In this document: positions 55,802 through 64,000 of the stretch, piece after piece
Position numbering within the stretch: the stretch's first letter is position 1
How the letters are laid out: the number at the start of each line of letters is the position of its first letter
NCBI GenBank assembly: GCA_964648295.1
Contig: CAZYNH010000003.1
Coordinates: 96,360 to 160,359, forward strand
Length of the DNA stretch: 64,000 nucleotides
Reading direction: 5' to 3'
DNA from: an uncultured Bacteroidia bacterium
GTDB taxonomy: Bacteria > UBA4055
Notes under the pieces: model-generated
The model's input: the letters and a program-made list of their open reading frames with translations, nothing else
Databases searched by the model: none
What the model was told of the DNA's origin: nothing
Made by a program: the position numbers and the translations under genes

Positions 55802-56926
55802 CTATTTTTCAATTACTTCAACATTAGCCCTCGGTATAAGAACCTCTTTCCCGTCAAGTTCAACGGTCATTACCCTGACCCATGTGCCTGATTCTACTTT
55901 ATGAAGTTCTACCGGGAGGCTGACTACTTTACCCATTTTTCCGAAATAAGGCGAACGGATCACTCTTATCTGGTCTCCTTTTTCAAGACCTGACTGGGCG
56001 TAATCCTTATTTGATGTTTCTTCGGTTTTATGATCATGAACTATTATTATCTCCGGTCTCATGACGCCGGCTCTTATCTGTGTGGCGCCGTTTATTGAGG
56101 CTTTGAACCCCTCATATTTTTTTAGAAGATTAAAGGTCCTGTCCGCCATGGGTATAGTACCGAAACCTTCCGTTAATATTAAAGTATATCCAATATCCTC
56201 ATGACCGGTGATAGCTACACCAAGATCGTGACCCAGAATATCTTTGATATCCTGATAATCGAACCCGCCGGTAATCACTCCCGCAACTCCTATCTTCTCG
56301 GCTTTTGACAGGGCCTGCGTGGTTATTTTTGAACCGCAAACTATTATCTTGCCTTTCAGGTCGTCTGTTATTAAGTCTGTGTCTACGACTATAGACGGAT
56401 CGGATGCGATCATTTTGATCTCGCCGAAAGTTTCGCCGCCGAGGCCGATAATGCCCTGAATATGAACTCCCTCCGTCTGCATAACGACACCCTCGCTGGG
56501 TATTTCCTCTTCTACCGTACCGTCGACATAAGCGTCAATTTCGACCGGGATGGCGGGCGCGTTGAAAATTACCTGTCCGGTAACATGGGATATCTGACTG
56601 ATAGTGCCGTCAATAGGCGCTTTATATTCGCTTTTGAACAGCCCGAAGAAGCCTTTGCTCTGAGCGATAATCTCACCGGACTTAACTGTATCGCCTTCTT
56701 TTTTCAGCATACATTCAACAAGCTCGTTGGCTTTGCCCAATCCAAGCTGTCCGGCTACGTTAATAGGGTAGACCTTGCCGGGAAGTTCTGTTTTTGCCAC
56801 TATTGTTACAGCGGGTATTATATCGCCTTTTTTTACAAGGACCTGTCCCAGAAGAGGGAGTTTTCTTGTTTTTTCTATTTTTGTCCTTGCCGCTACTTTT
56901 AAACCAGGTGTATATGCGTGAGCCAT
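55802..56926 (-). CDS. hypothetical multi-domain protein
   Basis: 374 aa from ATG 56924-56926 with AGGAG RBS. N-terminal barrel-sandwich-hybrid-like segment (KEGDTVKSGEII…APIDGTISQI). C-terminal KOW-like tail. Confidence 0.5.
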   Translation of the reverse strand: MAHAYTPGLKVAARTKIEKTRKLPLLGQVLVKKGDIIPAVTIVAKTELPGKVYPINVAGQLGLGKANELVECMLKKEGDTVKSGEIIAQSKGFFGLFKSEYKAPIDGTISQISHVTGQVIFNAPAIPVEIDAYVDGTVEEEIPSEGVVMQTEGVHIQGIIGLGGETFGEIKMIASDPSIVVDTDLITDDLKGKIIVCGSKITTQALSKAEKIGVAGVITGGFDYQDIKDILGHDLGVAITGHEDIGYTLILTEGFGTIPMADRTFNLLKKYEGFKASINGATQIRAGVMRPEIIIVHDHKTEETSNKDYAQSGLEKGDQIRVIRSPYFGKMGKVVSLPVELHKVESGTWVRVMTVELDGKEVLIPRANVEVIEK

Positions 56927-56954
56927 GTTAATTTCTCCTTTGTAAGATAAAAGT

Positions 56955-58868
56955 TTACACTCCATCCTTGTGTGATTTGGGTTTATAATTCTTTGAAATG
57001 TCCCATTTATTGAGATTTTCCACCCTGTTCTTTGTATCTTTTGTCAGGTTGAACGGTCTTCCTCTAGTGTCAATTATCAGCCCGACTACGCCGCCTCTCA
57101 GCTTTCTTGTTACTTTTTTACCTCTACCTTCTCCCACATCAAAACCGGCGGCCGGTTCGATCTCGAATTCAACCTCATGCTCGCGGGGCATATCGTACCT
57201 GATAAGCTGGTTGGCGGTTATCCACTGATCGAGCTTTGTTCCGTCGGGCAGATCAGCTTTTATCCTAACGACATTTTTGCCTTCCTTTACCTGACCTACC
57301 GGGCAAATGCTGATAGCGAGATATATCAGGCAGTCCTTATCAAAGACTTCCATGGCGGCCTGTTCGCATCCCGGAGCTTTAACTTCTGAAAGCACTCCGA
57401 GTTGCGGCATCATGAATATTGAGTCAACAGCAAGTTCCGTAATACCTTCAGGAAGGAAGGAATCTACAAGCATGTGGGCAGACTGACTTCTGAGCGGCGC
57501 GTGGGAAAGAACTCCCCCTGAACCTACAAGAAGATCGAGTTTCATCATGTTCACTATCGAATCATTGGATTTATCCGCGTCAAAAGCCTCGGATATCCCT
57601 TTTTCCTGCTGAACGCCCTTCAGTCCCACAGCGAAAGCTCTGTGCTGGACAAAAGAAAGCCTGAGAGCTTCCCTCGAGATAGCCTGCTCAATATCGAGAT
57701 CCTCTTTTGACTGGGGGATCGTGGTAGGTCTTATCATCTTATTTCCGATCCTGTTCCTGAGCTCCTGTTCATCCATTTCAAAGGGAACCCATCTCATAAT
57801 ATTGTCAAGGCCGGCTTCAAGAAGTACATTCGATACAGAGTATGACATTCCGAGGTTCGCTGATACAGTTCTGTTGAATTTCTGGTGAACTTTCCCGTCC
57901 CTGTCCTCAAGTTTGAAAGTCGAGAAAACGTCAGTTGTCGCTCCTCCGATGTCAACGCCGACCACATTCTTGTTCTGCATGACCGCTATTTTGTTGATTA
58001 TAAGACCTACAGCACCGGGAGTCGGCATTATTGGGGCATCGGTCCAGGCCATCAGCTTATTATAACCCGGAGCCTGCTGCATAACATGTTCCATGAAAAG
58101 ATCGTGGATCTTGTCTGAAGCCGGTCTCAAGTTCTCTCTTTCCAGCATCGGTCTCAGATTCGGAACAATGCTCAGTGCTGTATCTTTTTCAAGAATGTTC
58201 TGTATTTCGTCATTCGCTCTCTGATTGCCGGCGTAAATTACCGGAAGAGCGTAACCTATTCCCAGCCTGGCTGTCGGTCTGGCTGATTTTACCAGCTCCG
58301 CCATACCTATAACATGTTTAGGTTTGGCCTGATCGGTTTCGCCGGCTATAAGGATCATATCCGGCCTCAGCGCTCTGATCCTCTCGATTTTCTCATGAGG
58401 CAGGCGTCCGTCGTTTATCGCGAGAGTGTCCATTACAATAGCTCCCGCTCCGAGTGCTGCCCTCTGGGCTGACTCGGCTGTCATGCCTTTAACAACACCG
58501 AAAACCATCATCTGGAGACCTCCACCGGCAGATGAGGTTGAAATATATATATCACATCCGTCTCCGGTTTCGTCCGAAGGGTCTTTTCTTAATATCTGTT
58601 CATCATGAACGAATTTTCTCGGTTTGTTATAGAATTTTGAATTTTTAGCGGCGTCGGTCTTATAATACTCAGTTGCCAGCTCTTCGAGCTCCATTATAGC
58701 GTTCAGCACTCCCTTGGTGACATCTTCGAACGGAGCTTCAACAGTTGTCGGAGCTTCACCTCGTACCAGCTGACGATATTCGTTCCCGACTTTCTCAATA
58801 AGTATAGCTTTTGTGGTCGTTGAACCGCAGTCGGTCGCGATGATCGTTGATACTTCCCGGTTTGACAT
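56955..58868 (-). CDS. MutL/GlmL-like double-ASKHA ATPase
   Basis: 637 aa. Two actin-like phosphate motifs (IATDCGSTTTKAIL near the N-terminus and VGVDIGGATTDVF mid-protein), as in glutamate-mutase MutL-type proteins. Confidence 0.5.
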   Translation of the reverse strand: MSNREVSTIIATDCGSTTTKAILIEKVGNEYRQLVRGEAPTTVEAPFEDVTKGVLNAIMELEELATEYYKTDAAKNSKFYNKPRKFVHDEQILRKDPSDETGDGCDIYISTSSAGGGLQMMVFGVVKGMTAESAQRAALGAGAIVMDTLAINDGRLPHEKIERIRALRPDMILIAGETDQAKPKHVIGMAELVKSARPTARLGIGYALPVIYAGNQRANDEIQNILEKDTALSIVPNLRPMLERENLRPASDKIHDLFMEHVMQQAPGYNKLMAWTDAPIMPTPGAVGLIINKIAVMQNKNVVGVDIGGATTDVFSTFKLEDRDGKVHQKFNRTVSANLGMSYSVSNVLLEAGLDNIMRWVPFEMDEQELRNRIGNKMIRPTTIPQSKEDLDIEQAISREALRLSFVQHRAFAVGLKGVQQEKGISEAFDADKSNDSIVNMMKLDLLVGSGGVLSHAPLRSQSAHMLVDSFLPEGITELAVDSIFMMPQLGVLSEVKAPGCEQAAMEVFDKDCLIYLAISICPVGQVKEGKNVVRIKADLPDGTKLDQWITANQLIRYDMPREHEVEFEIEPAAGFDVGEGRGKKVTRKLRGGVVGLIIDTRGRPFNLTKDTKNRVENLNKWDISKNYKPKSHKDGV

Positions 58869-59026
58869 TTGATACCTCTGATTGTTTATTATTAATTTAT
58901 TGCGTACAGTGTGCGCTTCTATTTCAATAAACGCTAAATATAGTTTATAAGGTCAAATTTCGCAATGCTGTTTTTTACAAGAATTCTGAAATTAACGATG
59001 AAATGCAGATTCTGATGAATGAAATA

Positions 59027-59959
59027 TTATTGGCCGAACTTTCTTCCGAGGAAGAATTCCCGTAAATACGGCCCGGTGGCGTCAAAAAAATCTGAGAGTC
59101 CGGAGAACCTTGAGGTCGCGAAATACTGGTACCATCCGCATTGTCTTATGCAGCTGCTCATGATCTTTCTTCTTTCGTCGGCGTCTCTGCTTCTCAAATA
59201 TTCCATCAGGTCTTTTTCCTGCAGTTTTATTGTTTTCTCTCTGAGCGTCCTGCACGGATAGAACAGACTGCCGTCGGCATCGATTATTATTGAGCTTGAG
59301 CTGCAGCCTCCGGAGCTTTTTCTGACCGCTGAAAAATATGAGTCGGGCGTTATTATAGTTTCGGGATAGATTTTTTTTAAATTCCTTATCTGTTCCCTGA
59401 GCCTTTCAAAATCCGGAAAATGATCCTCTGTGTTATCAAGGTGAACAGCGGGCATTATTAATATTTTGCTTTTGGAATTATAGCATTTGGAGACTTTTTC
59501 TTCAAGCCTGTTCTGATCTTCTGCGGCCACGACGGTCTGGACACAAACGATCATATCGTATTTATTGATCTCTTCCAGCTTATCGAACAGAAAAAGATTG
59601 TCGTGACCTTCGTCGATCGATATGTGAAGAAAATCTATATATTTCTGGTATCTCTCCCACGAATAATCAAGAATATCTTTCTGGCTGGTGGTAAAAAGAA
59701 GGTAGAAGGGCTGATCGTGGGCTTCAATAAGTATCTTTTCAATATCATCTCTCAGCAGAGGTTCGCCGCCTTCAAGAGAAAGCAGAAAAACAGAAGATCT
59801 TCCAAGATTTCTGATTATTTTTTTTATATCTTCTGCAGACAGGTCCGGGGTCCTGAAATCTTTCATATCACAGAACTTACAGCTGAAATGACATCTTGAA
59901 GTTAATTTTAAGGAAGCGTAAAAAGGGAATTTTTCGTTTTTGGAAAATAACAGGTTCAT
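59027..59959 (-). CDS. radical SAM enzyme with C-terminal Cys-rich (SPASM/twitch-like) region
   Basis: CxxxCxxC (LTSRCHFSCKFCDM) 20 aa after ATG 59959. C-terminal cysteines (GGCSSSS…FYPC…SSCIRQCGW). The ORF track's longer form uses a TTG at 60067. Confidence 0.7.
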   Translation of the reverse strand: MNLLFSKNEKFPFYASLKLTSRCHFSCKFCDMKDFRTPDLSAEDIKKIIRNLGRSSVFLLSLEGGEPLLRDDIEKILIEAHDQPFYLLFTTSQKDILDYSWERYQKYIDFLHISIDEGHDNLFLFDKLEEINKYDMIVCVQTVVAAEDQNRLEEKVSKCYNSKSKILIMPAVHLDNTEDHFPDFERLREQIRNLKKIYPETIITPDSYFSAVRKSSGGCSSSSIIIDADGSLFYPCRTLREKTIKLQEKDLMEYLRSRDADERRKIMSSCIRQCGWYQYFATSRFSGLSDFFDATGPYLREFFLGRKFGQ

Positions 59960-60151
59960 AAGGCTGAAGTAAAATGTTGAGGCATATTTCTTTAAACTGA
60001 GTTTTCTTATTTTTTTCTTTACCACAAAAAATCCCCGAATTTTTATATCCGAAGTTAATTTAAACAAAATAAATTATCAACAGGAATTTCTTACTTGATT
60101 ATTAAAGGAGATATTCTTAAAATCCCGATCAGTCAATTAAAAGGAGGCACA

Positions 60152-60748
60152 ATGTCCGTCAAAAAGAGGATATTCGCAGGTGTAAAAGTAGAATTCTCTG
60201 AAAGAACGATGGAATTTTTCAGATCGGCCGAGGAAAATCTGAACGAATCAGAAATTAAATGGACAGAACCGGTAAATATGCATATAACCTTGAAATTTTT
60301 GGGGGATGTACACATTGAAATAATACCGCAGATATCATCAAAACTTAAAACTGTTTCGGGCAGCTTCAACGAGTTTGAAGCGCTTCTTAAAGGCGTAGGT
60401 ATTTTCAAAGATGTGTTTCACCCCAGAATACTTTGGTTCGGGCTTAGGAACTGCCCCTCGTTTGACAAATTGAAGAACGAAATTGAGAACTCGATGAAAA
60501 GTCTAGATTTTGAGGTAGATTACAGATCATTTTCTCCGCATCTTACTGTAGGAAGGTTCAAAGATCTTGTTAATATCGAACAGCTAAAAAAATTCATCAG
60601 TATGAACAGGGAAGTATATCTTCAAACCGTTCCTGTAAAAGAGCTAATCCTGTTCGAGAGTATCTTAAAGCCGGAAGGTCCTAAGTATAGCATAATCGAT
60701 AAATTCTCTCTCGGGATCGATGAAGGATTTCGCGAGATCAGATTCTGA
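60152..60748 (+). CDS. thpR: RNA 2',3'-cyclic phosphodiesterase (2H family, LigT/ThpR)
   Basis: Two HxT/Sx motifs (HITLKF and HLTVGRF). AGGAGG RBS before ATG 60152. Confidence 0.75.
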   Translation: MSVKKRIFAGVKVEFSERTMEFFRSAEENLNESEIKWTEPVNMHITLKFLGDVHIEIIPQISSKLKTVSGSFNEFEALLKGVGIFKDVFHPRILWFGLRNCPSFDKLKNEIENSMKSLDFEVDYRSFSPHLTVGRFKDLVNIEQLKKFISMNREVYLQTVPVKELILFESILKPEGPKYSIIDKFSLGIDEGFREIRF

Positions 60749-60756
60749 TCCCGGAG

Positions 60757-62748
60757 TCAGAGTTTTTTCAGAATTTTCTCAAGCATAACTATTCGATCTC
60801 TGTATTCTGCCGCCTTCTCAAATTCAAGTTTTTCCGCCGCTTCCTCCATTAGAGCCTCCAGTTCAATAATCTCATTTTTGAGAGAATCGTTGTCTTTTCC
60901 GTAAACTGTCTGTTTTTCTGATGCTCGCGGAATATCGTCGTCTCTGAGGCTGGTCGAGTATAATATCTGTTCAGCGGATTTATATACTGTTTTGGGTACT
61001 ATATTGTTAATCTTATTATATTCTGCCTGTTTTCTTCTTCTTCTGTTCACTTCCTCAATGCAGTTTTTTATCGAATCTGTGATTTTATCGGCATAAAAGA
61101 TTACACGGCCGTTTACATTCCTTGCCGCTCTTCCAGATGTCTGCAGAAGAGATCTTTTATCTCTAAGAAACCCTTCTCTGTCCGCGTCAAGTATCCCAAT
61201 AAGCGACACCTCAGGAAGATCGAGGCCTTCACGCAGAAGATTTATGCCTACAAGCACATCGAATTTTCCGAGCCTGAGCTCTCGGATAAGCTTAACCCTT
61301 TCCAGTGAAAGTATCTCGCTGTGCATATATTCAGCCCTGATGCCGTTCTCTTTCAAATATCTGGTAAGATCTTCGCTCATTTTTTTTGTAAGGGTGGTTA
61401 CGAGTACCTTTTCCTTTCTGCCGGTCGTTACCTTTATCTCTTCGATCAGATCATCTACCTGTCCCGTTGAAGGCCTGACTATGATCTCCGGATCAAGAAT
61501 ACCGGTAGGCCTGACTACCTGTTCAATAACAAGGCCCTGTGATCTTTCCAGCTCATAGTCGGAGGGAGTCGCTGATACAAAAAGTGTTTTTGATGTGATC
61601 GTTTCGAACTCGCTGAATTTAAGCGGTCTGTTATCAAGAGCGGAAGGAAGTCTGAACCCGTAATCTACAAGTGTCTGTTTACGACTCCTGTCGCCGTTAT
61701 ACATTCCTCTTATCTGGGGAATGCTCACATGACTTTCATCTATTATAAGAAGAAAGTCGTCAGGGAAAAAATCAATAAGACAGTACGGTCTCTGGCCCTC
61801 ATGCCTTCCCGACAGGTGTCTTGAATAGTTCTCGATCCCCGGACAAAATCCCATTTCTCTAAGAAACTCGATGTCCATCTTGGTCCTGTTCCCGATCCTC
61901 TGAGCCTCAACAAGCATGTTGTTATCATAAAAGAATCTGACCCTTTCTTTCATTTCATTTTCGATCTTATCCAACGCACTGTTCAGCTTGGGCTGTGTTA
62001 CAACGAAGTGCTTTGCCGGATAAACATTTATGGTCTCTGTTCTTTCGATAACTTTTCCGGTTATATAATTAATGATCTCTATCTTTTCCACCTCGTCTCC
62101 GAAAGTATGCAGCCTTATTCCTGTGTCATCATAAGCGGGGTGTATATCTATTATATCGCCTTTTATCCTGAAAGTGCCGTGAAGGAGTTCAAAGTTGTTT
62201 CTTTCATACTGCATCTCGATAAGGGAATTGAACAGTTTATTCCTGTCTATTATATCTCCTGTACTTATTCCCACAGACAGATCTCTGTAATCTTCCGGAG
62301 ATCCAAGTCCGTAGATACAGCTGACGGACGCCACAATTATTACATCTTTCCTTGATATTAGGGAAGATGTGGCCTTTAGCCTTAATTTTTCTATTTCCTC
62401 GTTCGATGAAGTGGTTTTCTCAATATAAATGTCCCTGGTGGGCAGATATGCTTCAGGCTGATAGTAATCATAATAACTAATAAAATATTCCACGGCATTA
62501 TCAGGAAAGAAAGACTTGAGCTCACCATATAGCTGGGCCGCCAGGGTTTTATTATGCGAAATGATCAGTGTCGGAATGTTTAAAGCGGATATAACATTCG
62601 CCATAGTAAAGGTTTTTCCGCTTCCTGTAACCCCCAGCAGGGTCTGATGCCTGATTCCGAGCGAAAAATTACCGGATATCTGTCTTATTGCCTCAGGCTG
62701 ATCACCCTTTGGTTCAAAAGGAGATATAAGTTTAAAGGTTTTTCCCAT
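60757..62748 (-). CDS. uvrB: excinuclease ABC subunit B
   Basis: 663 aa. Walker A GVTGSGKTFTMANVI, helicase motifs and C-terminal UVR domain (LEFEKAAEYRDRI). Confidence 0.9.
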   Translation of the reverse strand: MGKTFKLISPFEPKGDQPEAIRQISGNFSLGIRHQTLLGVTGSGKTFTMANVISALNIPTLIISHNKTLAAQLYGELKSFFPDNAVEYFISYYDYYQPEAYLPTRDIYIEKTTSSNEEIEKLRLKATSSLISRKDVIIVASVSCIYGLGSPEDYRDLSVGISTGDIIDRNKLFNSLIEMQYERNNFELLHGTFRIKGDIIDIHPAYDDTGIRLHTFGDEVEKIEIINYITGKVIERTETINVYPAKHFVVTQPKLNSALDKIENEMKERVRFFYDNNMLVEAQRIGNRTKMDIEFLREMGFCPGIENYSRHLSGRHEGQRPYCLIDFFPDDFLLIIDESHVSIPQIRGMYNGDRSRKQTLVDYGFRLPSALDNRPLKFSEFETITSKTLFVSATPSDYELERSQGLVIEQVVRPTGILDPEIIVRPSTGQVDDLIEEIKVTTGRKEKVLVTTLTKKMSEDLTRYLKENGIRAEYMHSEILSLERVKLIRELRLGKFDVLVGINLLREGLDLPEVSLIGILDADREGFLRDKRSLLQTSGRAARNVNGRVIFYADKITDSIKNCIEEVNRRRRKQAEYNKINNIVPKTVYKSAEQILYSTSLRDDDIPRASEKQTVYGKDNDSLKNEIIELEALMEEAAEKLEFEKAAEYRDRIVMLEKILKKL

Positions 62749-62891
62749 GGTTCAAATTTAAACAAAAAAAACATATTTATCAATCAGTAATGAACCTTTA
62801 AAATAATCTGCTCGTATAAGAACGGTCTTGACAATTTGACCTTAAAAACTTAAATTGCGCAACTGTTAAAAAAATTAAGAAAAGGCGATTT

Positions 62892-64000
62892 TTGAAATAT
62901 AATAAACACAGAATACTGACAGCGATAATGGTAATGATCCATATTTTGCCCTGCTGTCTTTTTGCGCAACAGGAAGGATCGTTCAGAATCGACCAGGTTG
63001 TAGTCGAGGGTACCAGCGTATCTTCCGAAGTGGTTAAACTATCATCAGGTCTATCTGAAGGAAAAGTGATTTTCGGAGAGGATATTCAGAATGCGATAAA
63101 AAAACTCTGGAAGCTGAATCTTTTTTCAAATATCGTAATAGAGGGTAAAGAGAGTGCCGATAAAAAAATGGTGCTGATAATTAAGCTTGAAGACCTTCCA
63201 AGACTGAACAATGTGAAAGTAACAGGTTACAGTAAGTACGGCAAAGATGATATTGAACCTCTTATTAAGCTCAGGAAAGGCCAGATAATAAAAAAGAATA
63301 CGATAAGTGATGTCGAGAATTCAATAAAGGATTTTTACAGATCGAAAAATTATCTGAAAGCGGAAGTCACTTCCGAGACAGAATATATTAATGAAAAAGA
63401 GATTGACATCAGGATAAAAATTACTGAAGGGAAAAAAATATTTATCAAAAGGATCGATTTTACAGGGAATGAGGTTTTCAGCAAGAGCGACCTTCTCGAC
63501 CAGTTCAGTAAAACCAAAGAGGACAGGTGGTGGAGGGACGGTGAATATAACCGGGAGAATTTTGAGGCCGATCTTGAACTTATGAAAGATTATGCCCACA
63601 ATAAAGGTTACAAAGATTTTTATGTGGTAAAAGATTCTGTATTTTTCGATGAGAAACTTGAGAATATTTTCATAAATGTAACTGTCAACGAAGGAAGGAA
63701 GTATTATTTCGGCAAACCTTCTTTCGCAGGGAATATACTTTTTTCTGATGAAGAGCTTCTCGCGGCTTTGGAATTTGGTAAAGGGGACACATACAGCAAA
63801 ATCAAAATGGACATGTCTCTTTATAACAACCTGTCGACACTTTATATGGATAAGGGTTATCTGAGAGCGAATATTGTACCTGAAGAACAGATAGTCGGCA
63901 GCGATACAGTGAACTTTGTTTTTAAGATCACTGAAGGCACAAGATCTAGGGTCAGAAGAATTGAGTTTTCAGGCAACACAAGGACGAACGAGAAAGTTCT
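62892..64000 (+). CDS. bamA: outer membrane protein assembly factor BamA (5' partial, continues past window end)
   Basis: Open frame from TTG 62892 (or ATG 62928) to the window end. Signal-like N-terminus, then POTRA-type repeats (…RIDFTGNEVFSKSDL…, …RIEFSGNTRTNEKV). Missing from the ORF track because it lacks a stop in-window. Confidence 0.7.
   Translation, partial: MKYNKHRILTAIMVMIHILPCCLFAQQEGSFRIDQVVVEGTSVSSEVVKLSSGLSEGKVIFGEDIQNAIKKLWKLNLFSNIVIEGKESADKKMVLIIKLEDLPRLNNVKVTGYSKYGKDDIEPLIKLRKGQIIKKNTISDVENSIKDFYRSKNYLKAEVTSETEYINEKEIDIRIKITEGKKIFIKRIDFTGNEVFSKSDLLDQFSKTKEDRWWRDGEYNRENFEADLELMKDYAHNKGYKDFYVVKDSVFFDEKLENIFINVTVNEGRKYYFGKPSFAGNILFSDEELLAALEFGKGDTYSKIKMDMSLYNNLSTLYMDKGYLRANIVPEEQIVGSDTVNFVFKITEGTRSRVRRIEFSGNTRTNEKV

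Noticed and set aside
59019-59261. 80-aa plus-strand ORF overlapping the 3' end of the radical SAM gene (considered as a possible precursor peptide)
   Set aside because: It lies antisense to coding sequence, has no RBS, and is hydrophobic and low-complexity rather than having a leader-core organisation.
59027-60067. Longer 346-aa form of the radical SAM gene starting at a TTG
   Set aside because: An ATG at 59959 places the CxxxCxxC motif about 20 residues from the N-terminus, as is usual. The upstream 36 codons are Lys-rich and there is no RBS in front of the TTG.

Overview
This 64 kb window comes from a compact bacterial chromosome that looks like the FCB superphylum (Bacteroidota/Cloacimonadota-like). 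The evidence is a large secreted C10-like protease carrying a T9SS (Por) C-terminal sorting domain, a TonB-dependent receptor with an N-terminal CarbopepD_reg domain paired with a DUF4249-like lipoprotein, and many lipoproteins. I call about 60 protein genes, two tRNAs (Ser-GGA, Arg-ACG) and four clear intrinsic terminators.

Recognisable housekeeping genes are rsgA, thrC, RNase R, a parvulin PPIase, ogg, clpC, cvpA, rpsU, gmhA, a DEAD-box helicase, typA/bipA, cysS, selA, prmC, thpR, uvrB and a 5' partial bamA. selA means the organism decodes UGA as selenocysteine.

Accessory patches I would look at first:
- An AT-rich islet carrying vapBC, a signal-peptide ankyrin-repeat protein and a mazEF-like module.
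- A class II Fic AMPylator followed by a decayed locus: an IS3-family transposase remnant, a truncated and frameshifted AlbA_2/HATPase_c_4-type regulator, and a 12-bp tandem repeat.
- A cassette of two clearly paralogous ~210-aa proteins of unknown family flanking an ElaA-like GNAT acetyltransferase.
- A minus-strand five-gene cluster: radical SAM with a Cys-rich tail, a MutL/GlmL-like double-ASKHA ATPase, an unknown 374-aa protein, an outer membrane protein and an M29-like aminopeptidase.
- A beta-propeller lipoprotein split by a single in-frame TGA that is followed by a hairpin, 1.5 kb upstream of selA.

All identifications are from reading motifs by eye; no database search was run.
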